52,642 nt of DNA, from positions 62,001 through 114,642 of the forward strand of contig JABANN010000032.1 in assembly GCA_013115125.1 (NCBI GenBank). Direction: 5' to 3'. This document shows positions 37,340 through 48,382 of the stretch, piece after piece. The stretch's first letter is position 1; each line of letters opens with the position of its first letter. The position numbers and the translations under genes are program-made. This DNA is from Perkinsus olseni. Its lineage: Eukaryota. Below the pieces are notes generated by a model that worked only from the letters and a program-made list of their open reading frames with translations, was not told where the DNA came from and searched no databases.

Positions 37340-40160
37340 GCCTGAATAATGAGTACTGGATCCGTCAACCGAGCGCTCCCCACCAGCACAGCCGACTTGA
37401 AGTCAGCGAGAGTGTCCAGCTCGTGTTGAGCGAGTTTCTCTGAGATCCTATCTATGTCTACCGCATAGGGGCCAGCGAACGGTGACAGCCTCTCACAAAT
37501 GACCTGAAAGGAATGGGTGTACGTTGTCCAGCGCGCTGGGGGGAGGCGAACTCCATCGGGCGGCATCATTGTGTCACCACGATGCTGGCAATTCAACCGT
37601 TCCGTGTGAATGTTAAGCTACGCAACTCAAGCCGCGTAGGGTCTGTAGACCAAATTAGATCTCACGGCAAGGATTGACCGAAATTTCCCTAACCATCTCT
37701 GATAATCCACTGTACAGTGTTACAGTGGTGCAAGATCGACTCACCTTCGCCCCGCCTCTCCAGGCGTCTCTAACAGCATCAGCGCTCTCTCGATGGCCTC
37801 CTAGTGCGAGGTACAGCACGTCTACAAGCTGTTTCGAGAGGCCTTGGTTCGCCAAGAACTGGCCTAGGTTCGAGTTGAACAGAGTCTCGTCAGAGGCTCT
37901 CGCAGAAGCGATCATGTCAGCAAAATGCCGCCGCTCCCGCGTCAGAGCTCCAGCCTGGCTTTTGGCCTCCGGGCAGGTCTGACACCAAACTACGAGAAGT
38001 TGGGCATGCGAGACGACAAGTAGAGTCGCAGACTGAACCCCCGCGTAGGAACACATCATTGCTGAGCCATGACCCATATAAGAACTATGATACCCTCCTG
38101 TGAGTTTATACTCCATCGCCGGTTCCGGTCCTGTTATGCTGACGGATCCCAAACGACCCAGAGAAAGCCCGAGGCGCCCTTTGAGCCGCCATACGTGGCT
38201 AGCTGTGCCATGCACTGCTCGATGTATGAAGGAACACCTCAATCGACACTAAACGGCGGGTCGCCGCGTCAAGCCAGCACTCACCTCCACCGTGGACACA
38301 GGCTGTAGCCCTCCACACAAAGCAATGATCAGTCCAAGCCGGATCCCCTCAGGCGGCGATGTAGTCGTACTGCCATAATGGGTGAGGACTTCCTTGTAGT
38401 GCTTCACGGCTTCCTGTGTGAGCCCTTGTAGAAGGTACAGCTCGCCTCGGATGCAGTTCGCCTCCTGACATCATGGGAAGCGTCCGAGAAGTTTCGTGCC
38501 GTGGATTCTGAGCGATGCAATCTCGTCAGTATCACGGCGATGATAATCAGTAGTCTACGAAGGCCGTTGCCAATTGCAATCCCAGAAAACGAAACAATAA
38601 ATGTACCGCTTCGCTCCGCCCGCCGGAAGACCCACTTCGGCTCGGGGACTCGGGAGTCCCTTCAGGGGCCCTCCACTCGAGCACATCTTGACGTTTAGGT
38701 CGGCCTCTTGGCCAGCTTCGGAGTACCACTGTAGCTCTATCAGACAGCAGATGAGGTTGTACCTTCAAAATCCGCTGCTTGTTGCAAGTACCAGAGCGGG
38801 GTGTGGTCTACAACGTTATGAGGTTTTGTGCATCAATGCGGAGATTGTAGGACTCGTTCCGGGCTTATTGAACCACCAGCGAGACCTCTAGCGGACAGAT
38901 GCAGTTTTCTAAGCTGTGCCACAGACGATGACCGACAACCCGCCGGTCACAGGTTTCCTGCTCCCAGGCGTCACGCGATGGTCATCTACAAGTTAACTCG
39001 GTACCCTTTCGCCCTAGCAACGAGTTGAGCACGGGCTAAGCTAAGATTTATTGAGCTTATAATTGGCCACTAACTCTGAAACGTTTGCGCGATCAGTCTT
39101 ACATTGCAGGTGCCCGGACGTCGTAGCGATACCCAAAGCGTCACAGTCCGGACGTACCTAGTGTCATAGATAACTTCATGATCCTTATCATCCGCCTTCT
39201 CCAGGAGCTCTAATGCCCGGCGGCAATGGCCAACAGCCTCGATATACTTGAGCGCCCCAAAGGCATCCTTCACTTCCTGCAATGCCTTCTGAATATCTGC
39301 CAACAATCAGCGCCTCTCTGAGAAAGAACGACAAGCACGTTCCCGCCAACGAATCTCCCATGCCCGTCAAATGGTCGCGTTCGTTCTCGCCCCATTTCAT
39401 GACACCACTCCACTTTGACCTCACCCGTATTTATACTGCTCGGAATATTTTCTTCTCCAAATGTTTCGCCGTATTCGATCCAGCGATCCAAGGACGACCG
39501 ACGCCGAGGGCCACTTCGAGTGACCTCATCGCTCGACGCCTTCCGCTTCACACCACCACTAATCGGCACGAGTTCGAGTGTGTCGTCGTGCTCGATGCCG
39601 GCTGCCTCAATCTGCACATCGCCACATTGTAACGTGGCAGAAAGAGCAAAAGCGCTGGTGCCTCGAGAGGCAAACCGCGTCGGGCCAGAGCAGATTCACG
39701 AGGCTCTTCAGGGAACAGCGGTGGCCATCCAATGGATGAAATGGATTTTGAGTTGACATCACACTAGACAGAGTGACACTCACAGTGTGGCTGCCGGCAG
39801 GAACCTCTTCTCCCTTCAGTGGACCTGCCTTCCAGACCAGACGCCATAGGTGAGGCTCCCATAGGCCGAAATGGTCGCACGTCTGGGCGATAAATTTCTG
39901 GCAGGTCTTAGCACTGAACAAGAAGGAAGATCTCTCCATAATCGGCTAATGAACTTACGGTGCTGCCCTGAGTTTCGCGGCCGTGAACTTTGCTCGAGGG
40001 TCATCGCAGACAACGATGATTCGGACAGGCTCCAATCTGACTCGTTCGATGGGGGAGGCACAGTACTCGCTGGGTAAAGAAACTCTAGCCATATCAACAG
40101 GTGAAAAAGAACTAGCTACCGCAGGATCGTCCGTTGATGAGTCGAAGAAGCCCGATCCAC
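37340..40160 (-). CDS. TPR-like family paralogue A, multi-exon
   Basis: TPR-like exons KDAFGALKYIEAVGHCRRALEL and CIRGELYLLQGLTQEAVKHYKEVL...LIIALCGG. Shared family block RRHFADMIASARA...LYLALG...AWRGGAK followed by an intron. Confidence 0.6.
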
Positions 40161-40769
40161 ATTCCCTCAGTTTCAACCGACGAATTCAATATCAACATCC
40201 GCCAGCCTATGACTTTCGCTCCAAATATAATTTTGCCAACCTTCAACGTATGGGTTTTTCACGGTGTACACTCATCCATCTCCCCGCAAATTCATGCAGG
40301 ATACAGTTACACGAAATGTTCGGAGCCAGTTCGAAACTCGTTTAATTGAGACGGCCCCAAGCGCACGAATCTCAGGCGGTCGAACTCTGTAATCCCTTCA
40401 GAAACCTGCTCACAACACAACTCGCCAAACCGCTTAGCGAATCCGGTGTGAGGAAGAATCCCTAGATAGCATTTCTCAGCAGCCACAAAAGTGACAACCT
40501 TCCTTGGCGTACTACCTTGCTACAGAGGGAAACTACGACAACGATGACGAGGAGGAATGCATTGAATTTCGAGACTTGGTAGATCCTCAATGTAAGAGTG
40601 GCTCCAAGACCTCGCAGAAATTGTCAACTAGTCTTCGGCAGCGCCGGCTACATTCGACTGAGTACTCCACGAATGACGGCGGGCAGTTAGGTGGCACTGA
40701 TAGGAGCACCTGAGAGGGTGGAGGGAGGAAATGAAGAAGTCATTCTCCAGCTTAGTCACGACATCGCTA

Positions 40770-41836
40770 TACGCTGAGTGACTTCGAATTGAATTCAGTC
40801 AACATGATAATACGCAGTAGCCTTGGGGTCACGCATTTCGCACTGGGAAGAAACTCATATCCCATCTCCAAGCGTAGCGTAAAATGAGGAGCTACGAATC
40901 TAGCAGCACTGTGGCGCATACTGTCTGCCCGGATGAGGGAGAAGAAGCCGCCCATAGCCGCATACCCGAGCGGCTCGGGTTGTCCGCCCTTTGTTGACAA
41001 AGGTACAACGATTGTGATAGATGCAACGCAAACACCAGTATAATAACTGTCCTTATATGCAGGATTACGCGAGCTCACGGGACTTCTTATATTCGGTACT
41101 TTCATATGCTTCAGCAAAAGGCTCAAGACTGACTAGCTTCTCGAGCGTCTTTGACCCTTCTGTTTCATCTAGGCCCAAATTATTCCTCAGCAGGTCATAT
41201 GGCTGAGGCCGAGACCAGTGCCAGCATGAAAAATTGGACTTCCCCGGAGTTCAGAGCATCCCTTGGAGCGCTCTCTACCGCCCATGGGGCTGGGAGATTC
41301 CCGTATGGCAATTTGAAAAACCTTCATGTAGACACGATACTGCCCGGACTTAATACTCTGGTATCGGTGAGTGAGGCTAGCTCATCACTCATGGCTAGGA
41401 GTAGCAAGGCGTCGCTGATATCCAACATCGCATATAACTCAGGAAACCCTGACATGCTTGAAGATCTCGTCGATCTTCTCTTGCCGAATTGATTGCTTCT
41501 CGCAAGGCTCTTCTAATCCACTACTGACGTATAGCGGAGTTAAGACCACGCGCTATCGCTAACCTTGGACGACATAATACTTCTGCACTACAGAATCTAC
41601 AGAGTCTTCGGCTTCCTGTTCCTGGGTACCGTTACACCTTCCCAGAGGCCAATGAACCATAATGGTTCAACCATTCCATATCTCATCAACAGCTGAACTG
41701 TTCCTCGCTTGGCAATATCATAGTCTAGTAACTTCTTCCATACTGGACTACTACTACCAGCACTAGTGGCAATGACCCGCAGAAGCGATAATAGACAGAG
41801 CGATCCTGTCACTAACGTTCCCAATGTCAACCTCAT
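40770..41836 (-). pseudogene. Probable secreted hypothetical protein gene, frameshifted by a 14-nt scar
   Basis: Signal-like MRLTLGTLVTGSLCLLSLLRVIATSA. Removing the scar at 41654-41675 gives YGMVHWPLGRCNGTQEQEAEDSVDSVVQKYYVVQ ending at a GT donor. A downstream exon-like stretch reads YDLLRNNLGLDETEGSKTLEKLVSLEPF. Confidence 0.4.
41654..41675. repeat. 22-nt scar, X=GAACCATT (perfect)
   Basis: GAACCAT AATGGTTC AACCATT. Confidence 0.85.
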
Positions 41837-42092
41837 GTTCAAACTGGAGGGAGAAAACCAGCCGGGATCGTGTATAACAGATAGTATCTCCAGGACCATC
41901 ATGGTCCAACCATGCCACAGTGGTGGCACCTGCACCATCAAGTGCTCGGAGCATTATGCTCCACGCACAACATGTCGTATATGCTCCACGATATTGCTCC
42001 ATTCAGTGTGAGCGTTAGCTGACTAATAGCGGCAACCTCGTTGGCTGAAGGTGAATTAGAACCGAACTAATTGACTATTGACCCCAGTCACC

Positions 42093-42114
42093 GAAGCAAG
42101 TTGCTTCAAGCAAC
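42093..42114. repeat. 22-nt scar, X=GAAGCAAC (perfect)
   Basis: GAAGCAA GTTGCTTC AAGCAAC. Confidence 0.85.
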
Positions 42115-42135
42115 GAACGGCAAAATAGAATCCCG

Positions 42136-44630
42136 CTAGGCGCTAGCGGGGGTGACTCGGGTGAGCAGCCTTACCCTCATCCTCTCCCTGAACTCATTAA
42201 AGCTTCGAGGGCAACGACACTCATCGAGGTCATCAAGGTCCTTAGCCAGGGATTTGAGGCTGCCTTCGAAGGGCCGTCCGATCGGCACGCCGTTCTCGGT
42301 AGCTCCGCTCAATAAGTTGCACAGCCTCTGAGGGAGCAGAAAAAACTTGCACGCCAATAATCTCAACTAGCAGAAACAATCGATTAGAAAAAATCTTGCC
42401 AACGCATATGATACAGAGGATCTGTTACAGATCGCCTCCAGGTGATCAGGAATGAATTCAGCACTCAGTGTGGGCATACGTTCCTCAATGACAGTCTGTC
42501 ATTGTGGAACGTATGCCCACATCCCTCACCTTGGCTGCTGCACGCCAGCTCTGCTGAAAGCTCGCATTCCCGAGGGCATTGTAGAGTGCCTTGAGTATCA
42601 CTGGGAGGAGCCGAGGCTCTCCAATTGACGACAATAGGCTGTCAACCAAGGCCTTGAAAATTTCAAATTCGCCCCTGCCCGCAGCGTCCATGATGTTGGC
42701 GAACCTAGCGCCGTGCTGGCTACGGAGGTGTCCCACTAAACTCTTCGCACGTGGGCTTACCTGAAGAACGGGAGAGAGTAACAAAGGAGAGCACAGAATA
42801 GGAAACTAGGGCAGAGAAGGATGAAAGCTCTATGAATCTAGTGACCTGCCGCTGGCGAAGAGAAAACGATCAGCGTGTTAGTCTCCTGTGCTGAGTACCC
42901 CGACCTTACAAACAGCCAACTGCCGCCCAGCTGCTGGTCTGTCACCAGGCCGTAAACGGCCGAGAGCGAGCGAGCGAGCGAGATAGCCACGAACGGTCGG
43001 GCGCACGAAGTTTCGGACACATCATGCAAGCTGCTTGTGACGAGCAGGTACCATGTAGTACAGAAGCATAGTGTTCGATAGGCCAATATTTAGCCAACAA
43101 GCTAAAATGTTTTTTTCATTCTCTAATAAGTCGCCATCATACACTTCTCTACACCATGAGACGATACATCTCCTCAGTGCCGCACTGACAGTTCTGCTTT
43201 TTTCAAGATATTGAATGGATGACACAGACGACGGTAGTGCGACACCGATTCAAGTGGGCTCACCTCGAAGGGCCGAGTGGAAACCGCTCCACCACAGTGA
43301 GCCACAATGTTGCATAAACGTGAACGGACCCCCGCGAGCCCGTCCAACTCGATGAGCTTATTTAAGGCCTCAATAGCTCCGTCGACGTTGTCATTGAGCA
43401 ACTGCATATCCCCTAGTATTCGATATCCGTTCTAACAACAGGGAAACAGCGCTACCGAAACTTGCGCCAAGAACGGTAAGTGCAATTCTTCGCAGGAAAG
43501 GCTGCGACACGACAACGTCTTACCTTCCAGCGGAGCCCAAGCGATCCGTCGCATCCGCCAGAGCCGGCGGGCGACTGATCTTGGCCATCTATCCAGCCTA
43601 TATCAAGTAACAGTTCCGCGAGGGAGCACCTGAGCAGGCTCCTGAGCATAGTAAGTAGCTAACGTGGGAATGAATGATCTCGAACTGATGCCCGAAGACT
43701 AGCAGCCATACCTGGCTCCATGTTGCTCATTCACGGGGATCATGTTCGGCTCCGCCGGGCTGACACGAGCTGACAAAAACAAGTGGGAGATTTCGCATGC
43801 GAGAACGAGTAAGGCATCAGACGAAGGGGGTGGATGAACTCACGCCTGCTCAAGACCTCCTGTTCTCCTTCGTGGCCAGTTTGGCCCTCCGATTTGACCT
43901 CGGTCTTAACGACTTCTCTATCGACCGGCGGTGGCATCCCAACGCTGCCGTCCGCAGACGCTCCAGTAGAGGCCTGACCTAGTGAGCAGGGGCTTGTTCA
44001 ATGGAACAGGACCCTGGTGTACGCTCACTTTGCCCAGCCTGAGACGATCTTGGGGTCCACTCCGCAGCCGTTCTCTTCTTCTTAGTGTCTGGTTCTTGCG
44101 AGCAGCCAGAAGCGGATGAGGTCACGGGAGCTTGGGCAGATTCAGTCGAGCTAGGCAAGACCATCGGGGATGCATTCTTCTCCACGAATCGAAGGATGAG
44201 TTTATCGCCGTCTCTCACACCAGAGGCACTGACCTGTGCAAAACACTAACCACCGAATCGGAAGTCTTCACATGCCAAAACTCTGATCGACGGCAACCGC
44301 GATGAGCGCTGCCCACCGAATTGCGTCGCTTCGGCACGTCCATGCCCTCCATCGGTCCCTCTAGCCAAGTGAGCCTCCAATCGCCTTTAGGATAATAGCC
44401 AGCGGTCTTGCTGCCATCAAGGCAGAAGTATCTCCGAGCGGCGAGTACGAGATGGCACGGTCGACTTCTCCTGAAAACAGTGTTGCGAAATTATTTCCGG
44501 AGAGGACATGAATACGGGTCGACGATGAACTCTTTCGCCGACTGAGCTCGTTCAGCATATTGTTCACGGCATTCGATGTTAACACGGAACGAGCCTCCCT
44601 CGGGAGTAGCGATTGGAGGCGACGGCGGCA
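42136..44630 (-). CDS. TPR-like family paralogue B, multi-exon
   Basis: YRILGDMQLLNDNVDGAIEALNKLIELDG...LCNIVAHCGG; HGARFANIMDAAGRGEFEIFKALVDSLL...LYNALGNASFQQSWRAAAK; ATENGVPIGRPFEGSLKSLAKDL. Confidence 0.65.
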
Positions 44631-44781
44631 TCTCAGACGGCATCAACCGACAAGCGGGAAACAACTGTAGGACCGCTTGGAGGTACGCGAAAGGCTAGCA
44701 TGTGCGGCGACTGTGACAGACATATGTGACATGTCAAACTCCGAGGGACAGCTCGACTCTCAGGGGGCTAAGCATTCCTCG

Positions 44782-44803
44782 ACAGTGTAACACTGTCAGT
44801 GTT
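44782..44803. repeat. 22-nt scar, X=ACAGTGTT (perfect)
   Basis: ACAGTGT AACACTGT CAGTGTT. Confidence 0.85.
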
Positions 44804-45919
44804 GAGTCAACACCCTGCATGCCCGATGGCAGGTGGCCCATACAGCGCACCGGCAACACATTAGGAGTCATTCAAATCGGAAACTTCGGAAGTATTCGCC
44901 TTAAAAGTTACCCCTGTAGCAACTCAACTCGCGCAAGTCCTCGTAGCGCTTTGGTTTTCAGGGCCCCAGTGCAGCAGTGCATGATAAATTTCTTGATTGG
45001 ATACGAGAGGGAACTATTGCAGCAATTGCTACGATAGGAGTGCAGCGAATTCTAGGTCCTGGTGGAATCCCAATGCAAGAGTGGCCCCAGGACTTCGCAG
45101 AAGTCATCAAGCATTCTTCGGCAACGTCGGCTGCATTTGACTGAGTACTCTGCAAAGGACGGGGGACAGCTGGATGGAACCGATAGAGCAACCTGAGCGA
45201 AGCAGGCAACACTATGAAGTCCGCAACGCGCCACCGCATGGAGGCCGTGCAGATCTGAAGCAGGTGCAAGAACTGTGGAAGTTTCATTTCACTGTGACAG
45301 ACTGACATTTTGAGGCTGCAACTTACGGTCTTGCAGTTAAACTCGCACCGTGACTAATCACAGATCATAATGAACGATCGCCCTGCAGTGTGCATGCTGA
45401 GAGCTGTCAACGTGAACTCAACCGTCCACCAAAGAAACTCGTCTGCAGTTCTGTAGACCGATTAATTTGGAAACATCAACCGGCATAGCAAGGTTTCTGC
45501 ATAGCATGAAGCCCTGAAGTCGAGCTGCCCCTACGCGGGCATTTTCCATATTGTAAATGCCGCGGCGACCCAGAACGAGCCTTCCGAAGAGACCAACGTT
45601 GCGGGGCTGACGGCAACCAAATCGGTTGAGCTTTCAATTCGTTGAGCAGCACCGTTCCACCTTGTTTTGGCAATCCCCAACTGGCCTAACGTGACCCGCT
45701 GGCGACTATATCCATCAGCATCCAAATAAAGTGAGCAATACATATACCTTCCATGCCGTACGGAGTTCATAGCCTCGTTCCAAACACACATTCTGTGCGG
45801 TCAGTGAATTATTGACATAGTATGTCGGTCACATCTATCAACTACCATCTGAGTTGGAGGCGGTTGATAATTTGCAATGCTTCAGTGAAGCCACAATCAT
45901 CTCCTAATCCACTATAACC

Positions 45920-45997
45920 AACACTAGTGGTGTTACACTACGCAGTGTAGACTATGCTGATACTTCAGCTGAAGGCCTCCACTGTGGGGGCTCCACA
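45920..45997. repeat. Two adjacent 22-nt scars, X=AACACTAC and X=CCTCCACA (1 transition each)
   Basis: 45920-45941 AACACTA GTGGTGTT ACACTAC; 45976-45997 CCTCCAC TGTGGGGG CTCCACA. Confidence 0.7.
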
Positions 45998-46115
45998 AGA
46001 GTCCTAGGATCATTGTCAGGATACCCCCAGTCCAGGACATTCTTTCTCAAGGTACCCTTGATGTCTGTGAAATTCCGATCCAAGAACCACACATGCTTAT
46101 TCACATCATACTTCT

Positions 46116-46184
46116 AGAAAATAGGGTACTACTGAAATTCAGTAGTACTCCATTTTCTGAAAGTATGAAATTCACTAACTGAAT
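46116..46184. repeat. Long foldback scar, X=TACTGAAT
   Basis: 21-bp arms (19/21) around a single A at 46137, then ATTCACTA-ACTGAAT at 46170-46184. Confidence 0.65.
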
Positions 46185-46995
46185 AATATCAGCGAAGGTT
46201 GGCCGGATTCAACCGATCCTACTGATTCTAGTGTCTCCATCTTCGAGACTCATTTGAGTTTCAATTCTGCTGATGACAAGAATTCCATGCCTGGGAGATC
46301 AATAAGAAAGAAATGAGCCCTGAGATCCAGGCTCTGGACTTCAGAGCGCGGGCCACGCAACTCGGCGGGTTTCCGCAACTCTTGACCACTGATGCCGCGA
46401 TAGGGGGGCGCGGATTGACAAGGTAAGTCTTACATGCATCCTTCTCTTGAACTCCCCGAATGACCGAGGAAATCCATGCCCAGCGGGGTCTTCGAGATCC
46501 CTGGCCACAGATTTGAGAGCCTCTTCGAAAGGCCTTCCAATTGGCATCCCGTTCTCTGTCGCCTCGATAATGACTCTGATCAGTCTCTGAGGGGAATTTC
46601 CGCATTCGATCAAAAACGCGCAACACTCTCTATACCTCACCTTAGCTGCTGCATGCCAGCTGCGGTGACATCCCGCATTTCCTAGGGCATTGTACACCCC
46701 TCCACACATTCTTAGCATACATGGTGCGCAAGTCATAATTCCTCGAAGAAGTCGAATTTCGCTCTGATATTTGAATGTCAAAGCTTTAATAACACTATCA
46801 CTAACCTAGCAAGATCTCAGACTCCCACTCCACGGCTACTCCGATTTGCACACTCGACGCACTCAGAGACCTCCACATATTCTTAGCATATTTCTGAAGC
46901 ACCCTAGGATTTTGGTCATAGGGCACCGTCGAAGCACCCAAATTGCCCCGCCATCGGCCAACACAATCACCCAAGCCCCGTCATCGCTTCGCGTT

Positions 46996-48030
46996 ATGTC
47001 CAAGATCAAAAACCTGACTCCAGCAGATAAGGCGCGTATCAGCGCCATGCACGCGGAGAGAGGTCCAGATGGTCGTCGTCGTTACACCCAAAAGGAGATT
47101 GCTCGAGCTCAGCAGGTCAACCAAGCTACGGTGAGTCGAGTAGTGAAGGCCCGGGGGCCCCGGGCCGGGGCCAATGTGAGCCTGTATCTAAGCGGGGACC
47201 GAAGTTTAAAATGGATGACCGGACCCGACGCCGTGTTGCTCGCTACTTCTTTGACAACTGCGGGGTGTCTACCGGTGATGCAGTGAAGGAGCTCGGTCTG
47301 CAAGTCTCACCAGAGACAGTGCGCAGGTTTATTCGGAACGAGGGAGCACAGTATGTTAAGCTAAAGACTACTCCACCGCTGACTGACCGGCACAGGGCTG
47401 CTCGCACGAGCTTCGCGCGGCACCACCTTCAGGCTTACACCGATTTCCGTAAGTGGATATGGAGCGACGAGAAGCGGTTCTGCCTGGATGGTCCTGATGG
47501 GCTCTACCATACCTGGAGCCTTCCTGCTAGTGCTGAGCAGCTCAAAAGCAAGAGGGCCTTCAAGGTGCGGTGGCATCATGGTATGGGGTGCGATCAGAGA
47601 CGACCATACGGTCGCTCTAGCAGAGGTTACGGTCCGCATGAACAGCGAAGTCTACCAAGAAGTCCTTTCTCGTCATCTATTTCCCTACTGGGAAGAGTTT
47701 CAAGACGAGGGTCTCACGTTTCAGCAAGATAATGCTCCGTGTCATGGGAGCAGGAGCACTATCGACTGGCTCCGTGAAAGAGATGTGGTCCCACCTTGTT
47801 GGCCAGCCTTGAGCCCCGACCTCAGCCCCATAGAAAATATATGGGCCTACATGGTAAAGACCCTGTACGGCCCAAACAAACCGATTTTTCGGACTCTGGG
47901 GCAACTTAGGGCGGCTGTCTTTCGAGCATGGGCTCAAATTCCTTCTGAGGTCATCACAAGCTGTACCAGCTCTCTCCCGAAGCGACTTACTGAAGTTCTG
48001 GCACTGCAGGGGAAGAAAACAAGTTATTGA
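46996..48030 (+). pseudogene. Tc1 DD34E transposase with two frameshifts
   Basis: HTH YTQKEIARAQQVNQATVSRVV, then VSPETVRR, WSDEKRF, GGIMVWGAI, FQQDNAPCH and WPALSPDLSPIENIW (34 residues between the second D and E). Frameshifts near 47150-47171 and 47567. Confidence 0.92.
47150..47171. repeat. 22-nt scar, X=CCCGGGGC (perfect), inside the Tc1 transposase
   Basis: CCCGGGG GCCCCGGG CCGGGGC; collapsing it to X restores the reading frame. Confidence 0.85.
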
Positions 48031-48322
48031 ACATCTAATGAGTAACTCGAATCTGATATTATCATCGTAGTTTGCCTTTTGAATGAGTGACACAACTAGT
48101 ATGCTAAGATTATGTGGAGGTCTCTGAGTGCGTCGAGTGCGTAAATCGGAGTAGCGATGGAATGGGAGTATGAAACCTTGCTAGGTTAGTGATAGTGTTA
48201 CTTAGACTATGACATTCAAATATCAGAGCGAAATTCGACTTCTTCGAGGAATTATGAGTTGCGCACCATGTATGCTAAGAATGTGTAGAGTGGCCTAATT
48301 ATCACTGGGAGGAGCCGGGGCT

Positions 48323-48382
48323 CTCCAGTTGACAGCCTATTAGCGTCGACTGGAGTCCAGTCGACGCTAATAGGCTGTCAAC
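48323..48382. repeat. Perfect 27-bp-arm palindrome with 1-nt centre (long scar, X=CTCCAGTC)
   Basis: GTTGACAGCCTATTAGCGTCGACTGGA-G-TCCAGTCGACGCTAATAGGCTGTCAAC, overlapping CTCCAGT at its left edge. Absent from paralogue B. Confidence 0.9.

Larger units (their letters stand above)
46695..48285 (+). mobile_element. Tc1-family DNA transposon (IR/DR-type long TIRs), defective
   Basis: Imperfect TIRs of about 190 bp (46695-46890 and about 48100-48285) carrying inner and outer copies of CCTCCACA(C/T)ATTCTTAGCATA. TA duplication at 46693-46694 and 48286-48287. Removing the element restores ...PVIIRPLYNALG..., colinear with paralogue B ...PVILKALYNALG... Confidence 0.92.

Noticed and set aside
47176-47192. 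Possible 17-nt GT-AG micro-intron repairing the Tc1 frame
   Set aside because: Much shorter than other introns here, and the perfect +14 scar at 47150-47171 already explains the shift.
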